A stretch of 55,085 bases of DNA from Clostridia bacterium. GTDB lineage: Bacteria; Bacillota; Clostridia; Oscillospirales; RGIG8002. Where the stretch lies: positions 1-55,085 of the forward strand of contig JAFZXI010000033.1 of assembly GCA_017616855.1 (NCBI GenBank), given 5' to 3'. The position numbers were made by a program, and so were the translations under genes. The notes under the pieces were generated by a model. That model searched no databases. It was not told the origin of the DNA and saw only the letters and a list, made by a program, of their open reading frames with translations. Below, in pieces: positions 51,683 to 55,085 of this stretch; positions within the stretch are counted from its first letter, which is position 1; every line of letters begins with the position of its first letter.

Positions 51683-52381
51683 ATGAAAAACCGCAAACTT
51701 ATCTTCGCCGTTATCGCGCTGCTGCTCGCCGCGGCGCTGCTGCTCGGCGCCTCCGCCTGCGACCGCATCGTCGGGCCGCGCGGAAACAATAACGCCAACG
51801 CCAACAAAAACAACGGCTCCGAAAGCACCGATGACCCGCGCTACGTCAAGCAGGCGGGCCAGGGAATGAGCGAATATGACATCTATAACCGTTTCGAAAC
51901 CTACTGCACTCCCATGTGCTTCGCCATCGAGTATTACGGCGGCAAGGGGCTCGACTACGTCGCCGGGCAGGAGATCGAGCTCGACGGACACACCTGGGCG
52001 CCGAGCGCGCTCGCGATGTTCGACACGCTCGAAAGCATCGAAAGCTACGTCGATATGTTCTTCACCGGCGGCTTCCTGAAGGATCTGCGCACGACAGCGG
52101 GCATGGAGGGCGACGAATACGCTCCCCGCTACCGCGACGTCGACGGCAAGCTCTACGTCCGCACCGACGAGCCGAACGAATCGCTGATGTTCAGCATCAA
52201 CCTCGACACCTTCACAATCGTCTCCAACACCGAGGAGGAGATAAAGTTCACCGTCGACGCGACGCTTAACGGCGGCCTTTACGAGCTGCGTATCATCATG
52301 TCCCCCGTCGGCGAAAGCGGCTGGAAGATAAGCTACTGGTATCCGGAACCGAAGGATTCGAGCTCGGAAAGCTCGAATTAA
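51683..52381 (+). CDS. lipoprotein of unknown function
   Basis: Lipobox LLLGASAC, AAGGAG SD. No recognisable domain. Confidence 0.75.
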   Translation: MKNRKLIFAVIALLLAAALLLGASACDRIVGPRGNNNANANKNNGSESTDDPRYVKQAGQGMSEYDIYNRFETYCTPMCFAIEYYGGKGLDYVAGQEIELDGHTWAPSALAMFDTLESIESYVDMFFTGGFLKDLRTTAGMEGDEYAPRYRDVDGKLYVRTDEPNESLMFSINLDTFTIVSNTEEEIKFTVDATLNGGLYELRIIMSPVGESGWKISYWYPEPKDSSSESSN

Positions 52382-52543
52382 TGAATACTGAAGACTGAAG
52401 ATTTAATAATGAATAATTGCGGTTCAAATCGGCTTCGCCGATTTGTTCCTTCATGCAGTGCAGCTGCAAATCATGCGCCGCAGGGCGCAATTCATGACGG
52501 CGCAAGCCGTCAAATCACGCCGCGCAAGGCGCGGCAAATCATG
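52379..52543. repeat. AT-rich module + hairpin/linker array 6
   Basis: taatgaatactgaagactgaagatttaataatgaataat (overlaps the stop codon). Centre caaatcggc-ttcg-ccgatttg (52425-52445) + GTTCCTTCATG. Then four hairpins with CAAATCATG/CAATTCATG/CAAATCACG linkers. Confidence 0.9.
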
Positions 52544-52562
52544 CGAACGAAAGTGAGCTAAT

Positions 52563-53432
52563 ATGTCCTGCACTCTCTGTCCGCGCAAATGCGGCGTTGA
52601 CCGTGACGCCCGCCGCGGCGTATGCGGCGAAGGCGCCGCGATGCGCGTCGCCAAGATAATGCTCCACCGCTGGGAGGAACCCTGCATTTGCGGCGAAGGC
52701 GGCGCGGGCGCGATTTTCTTCAGCGGCTGCTCCCTGCGCTGCGTCTACTGCCAGAACGCCGCCGTTTCACGCGGCGAGGTCGGCGAGGAATACTCCCCCG
52801 CCGCGCTCGCGGAAGCGATGCTCGGTCTGCAGGCGCAGGGCGCCGACTGCGTCGACCTCGTGACGCCGACGCATTTCGCCGACGGCGTTATCGAAGCGGT
52901 AAACCTCGCAAATCAAAACGGGCTGCGCCGCCCCGTCGTCTGGAACACCTCCGGTTACGAAACCGTCGACGCGGTCGACCGCCTCGGCGGCGTCGCCGAT
53001 ATTTACCTGACCGATTTCAAATACGCCTCGCCGGATCTCGCGGCGCGGTATTCCGCCGCGCCCGACTACCCTTCGGTCGCGCTCGCCGCTCTGAAGGCGA
53101 TGGTCGCGCAGACGGGGGCGCCGCGTTACGAGAACGGACTGCTGAGGCGCGGAGTCATTCTCCGCCACCTCGTCCTCCCCGGCGCGTGGCGCGACAGCGT
53201 CGAAGTCCTGCGGCTCGCCGCGGACGCTGTCGGCGCGGAAAACGTCGTGCTCTCGCTTATGGCGCAGTACACGCCTGACTTCCTGCGCGAGCCGGAAAAG
53301 TATCCCGAGCTGTGCCGGCGGATAACCACCTACGAATATAATAAGGCGGCGGAGGAAGCCGAAAAACTCGGCTTCAGCGGCTATTTTCAGGAACGCGAAG
53401 CCGCCTCCTCCGATTACACGCCGATATTCTGA
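52563..53432 (+). CDS. radical SAM protein, PflX-like (pyruvate formate-lyase activase homolog, COG1313 type)
   Basis: N-terminal CTLCPRKCGVDR cysteine motif and CSLRCVYCQN radical-SAM CxxxCxxC motif. Confidence 0.8.
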   Translation: MSCTLCPRKCGVDRDARRGVCGEGAAMRVAKIMLHRWEEPCICGEGGAGAIFFSGCSLRCVYCQNAAVSRGEVGEEYSPAALAEAMLGLQAQGADCVDLVTPTHFADGVIEAVNLANQNGLRRPVVWNTSGYETVDAVDRLGGVADIYLTDFKYASPDLAARYSAAPDYPSVALAALKAMVAQTGAPRYENGLLRRGVILRHLVLPGAWRDSVEVLRLAADAVGAENVVLSLMAQYTPDFLREPEKYPELCRRITTYEYNKAAEEAEKLGFSGYFQEREAASSDYTPIF

Positions 53433-53466
53433 AAACCTCGCCTCCCTCTGAGGAGGGAGCCAAGAC

Positions 53467-53488
53467 CGCGCCCTGCACGGCGCGTTTT
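53467..53488 (+). terminator. rho-independent terminator
   Basis: Stem cgcgcc / ggcgcg with loop ctgcac, followed by TTTTCC. Preceded by a second hairpin ctccctc-tgag-gagggag (53442-53459). Confidence 0.6.
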
Positions 53489-53510
53489 CCTCACGAAAGG
53501 AGCGTTACCT

Positions 53511-55073
53511 ATGAAAAAACTCATTTCCCTGCTGCTCGCGTGCGCGCTCGCGTTCGCGTGCCTGACCGCGCTCGGCGGCTGCGGCAAAGAAATCGACAGC
53601 AAGCGCGCGTTCATCGACAGCGAATCCTACTACGCCGCGCTCGCGGACAATCTCGCCGCGCCTGTCGCGGATATCGACTCCGAAGCGATTGCCGACGCGC
53701 AGGCGGCGGGCGGATACACCGGCAAGGTCAACTTCTCGGCAGAGGGCTTCGAGGCGCTGCAGAGCATTTTCGCGCAGTTCTATCCAGAAGGCGCGCCCGC
53801 GCTGACCGACCTCGCCTTTGTCCTCGACTTCGCCACCGACGGACTCGCCTCCGGCGGCAGTCTCGACGTGACGATGCTCGGCGAAACGCTGCGCATGATA
53901 TTCTCCTCCGACGGCGACGGCGCGACCGCGCTTCGCCTGCCCGACCTGCTCTCCCGCGCGCTGCTTATCGACGACGAGATGATGAGCGCGTTCTCGTCCT
54001 CGTTCGTTTCGCAGCATGAGCTGCCCGATGCGGACGCCGGTGAAGGCGAAAGCGAAGACGCCGAGGAAGCCGCGGGAAGCTCCTTCCTGCCCGCCGACGA
54101 CGGCGCCGGATACTTCGACGAATCCCTGATCGAAAACTCCGTCGCGCTGCGACTCGTTGCGGAATACTCCGACCGCTTCTTTGAGAATCTGCCCGAGGAA
54201 TGCTACTCCTCCGGCAAGGAATACTTCACCACCGCCGACGGCGAAGAAGAGCTCGACTGCGTCTGCCTCTCCGCCGACGGCAAGGCGCTGCTCGGCGCGC
54301 TCGTGAAAACGCTGCGCGAGTTAGCGCAGGACGACGGGCTCTCCGAGCTCTTCGGCGACGAGGCCGCGCAGGTGCGCGATGAGCTCGTAAAGGCAGCCGA
54401 CACGCTCGAAAAAGACGAAACCGCGCTCGTTCAGGCGGCGAAATCCGCGCTTTCCTGGACGCGCTTCATGAAGAATGAAAAGATCATAGGCGATAAGATC
54501 TACGCCGCGCTGCCCGAAGCCGAATACACCGTCACCGCGGGCATCGACGAGGGCGACGGCGAGGATTACGCTTTCCTGACCGTCGTAGACGAAAAGGGCG
54601 GCTTTACCCTCTTTTCCGCCGAGAGCCGCATCAGCGGCAAAAAGGGCGAGCTCGATATTGCTTTTGACGTCGACGGCACGACCTACTCCTTCAGCATCAG
54701 CGGCAAAACGAAGGACCGCGACGGCGTGAAGACCACCGAGGCGAATATCAAGATCGGCTACGGCGAATTCTCCTTCAACGTTTTCAAGATAGAAACGGCC
54801 GTCCGCGCGTTTGACGAAAACCGCATCGACTTCGACTTCGAGATAAGCTCCGACATCATATCGATGTTTATGAAAGGCAGCGCGCTGAAACTGAAGCTTT
54901 CCGTCGACGCGGAGCGCGTGGAAAGCATACTCATCGATACCATAGACGTTTCCGACGCCTACACCGCCGAGGAGATTGAGAGCGGCGCATACGTCGACGA
55001 GCTGAAGTCCAATATGCGGCAGAAGCTGCCGCATATTTACGCGATGATGTTCCCCGATGAAGAAGCGCAGTAA
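53511..55073 (+). CDS. lipoprotein of unknown function (520 aa, acidic)
   Basis: Lipobox LTALGGCG, AAAGGAG SD. No recognisable domain. Confidence 0.75.
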   Translation: MKKLISLLLACALAFACLTALGGCGKEIDSKRAFIDSESYYAALADNLAAPVADIDSEAIADAQAAGGYTGKVNFSAEGFEALQSIFAQFYPEGAPALTDLAFVLDFATDGLASGGSLDVTMLGETLRMIFSSDGDGATALRLPDLLSRALLIDDEMMSAFSSSFVSQHELPDADAGEGESEDAEEAAGSSFLPADDGAGYFDESLIENSVALRLVAEYSDRFFENLPEECYSSGKEYFTTADGEEELDCVCLSADGKALLGALVKTLRELAQDDGLSELFGDEAAQVRDELVKAADTLEKDETALVQAAKSALSWTRFMKNEKIIGDKIYAALPEAEYTVTAGIDEGDGEDYAFLTVVDEKGGFTLFSAESRISGKKGELDIAFDVDGTTYSFSISGKTKDRDGVKTTEANIKIGYGEFSFNVFKIETAVRAFDENRIDFDFEISSDIISMFMKGSALKLKLSVDAERVESILIDTIDVSDAYTAEEIESGAYVDELKSNMRQKLPHIYAMMFPDEEAQ

Positions 55074-55085
55074 GCGGCGGCAGGA

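Noticed and set aside
48480-52543. Arrays 4-6 as integron attC sites separating gene cassettes, with the tyrosine recombinase at 27825 as the integrase
   Set aside because: There are no GTTRRRY-type core sites. Arrays also interrupt housekeeping operons on the other strand (tatD|yfhO, rnfB|next gene). The recombinase is 20 kb away, is short (279 aa) and is not adjacent to any array. I still mention it as something a search could formally exclude.
48727-53432. tldD-pmbA plus a radical-SAM gene as a RiPP/microcin-type biosynthetic cluster
   Set aside because: I found no plausible precursor-peptide ORF. There is no cyclodehydratase, exporter or immunity gene. The radical-SAM protein has the N-terminal CxxCPRxC motif of the widespread PflX (COG1313) family rather than a SPASM/RiPP maturase layout.

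Overview
This is a 55-kb chromosomal segment from a high-GC (~60%) Clostridia-type Firmicute. That placement is inferred from four dockerin modules, an rnfCDGEAB operon and strong AGGAG-type SDs, and is probably Oscillospirales/Ruminococcaceae-like. I call about 40 protein genes, all tightly packed. They include an alpha-galactoside utilisation cluster (GPH symporter, GH36-like hydrolase, GT28-like protein), a yfhO/metallophosphoesterase envelope cluster, and a DUF975-like gene with metG and tatD. A guanine-riboswitch leader precedes xpt and a BMP-family nucleoside ABC transporter. There is also a c-di-GMP signalling cluster with a lone tyrosine recombinase, tRNA-Pro(TGG), rpe fused to rnfCDGEAB, tldD-pmbA, a PflX-type radical-SAM gene and two lipoproteins. 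Four large secreted dockerin proteins are present, and two of them are metallophosphoesterase-LamG paralogs. I saw no CRISPR, prophage or recognisable defence island. The most unusual content is non-coding: a mosaic family of structured repeats. (1) Six intergenic arrays (~1.2 kb in total) consist of short GC hairpins of variable sequence joined by a conserved 8-9 nt linker (CAAATCATG, or CATGATTTG on the other strand), often with a strand flip at a central terminator-like hairpin. They fill co-directional gene junctions from stop codon to the next SD. (2) An AT-rich module with stops in all three frames sits on stop codons; one palindromic, MITE-like copy supplies the last codons and the stop of a gene. 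(3) Two further small hairpin elements lie in-frame inside coding regions (yfhO, the 911-aa dockerin protein and a ~260-aa low-complexity tail on RnfE). All calls come from reading the sequence and ORF translations by eye. No database or folding program was run. Hand-mapped repeat and hairpin coordinates are +/-2 nt.
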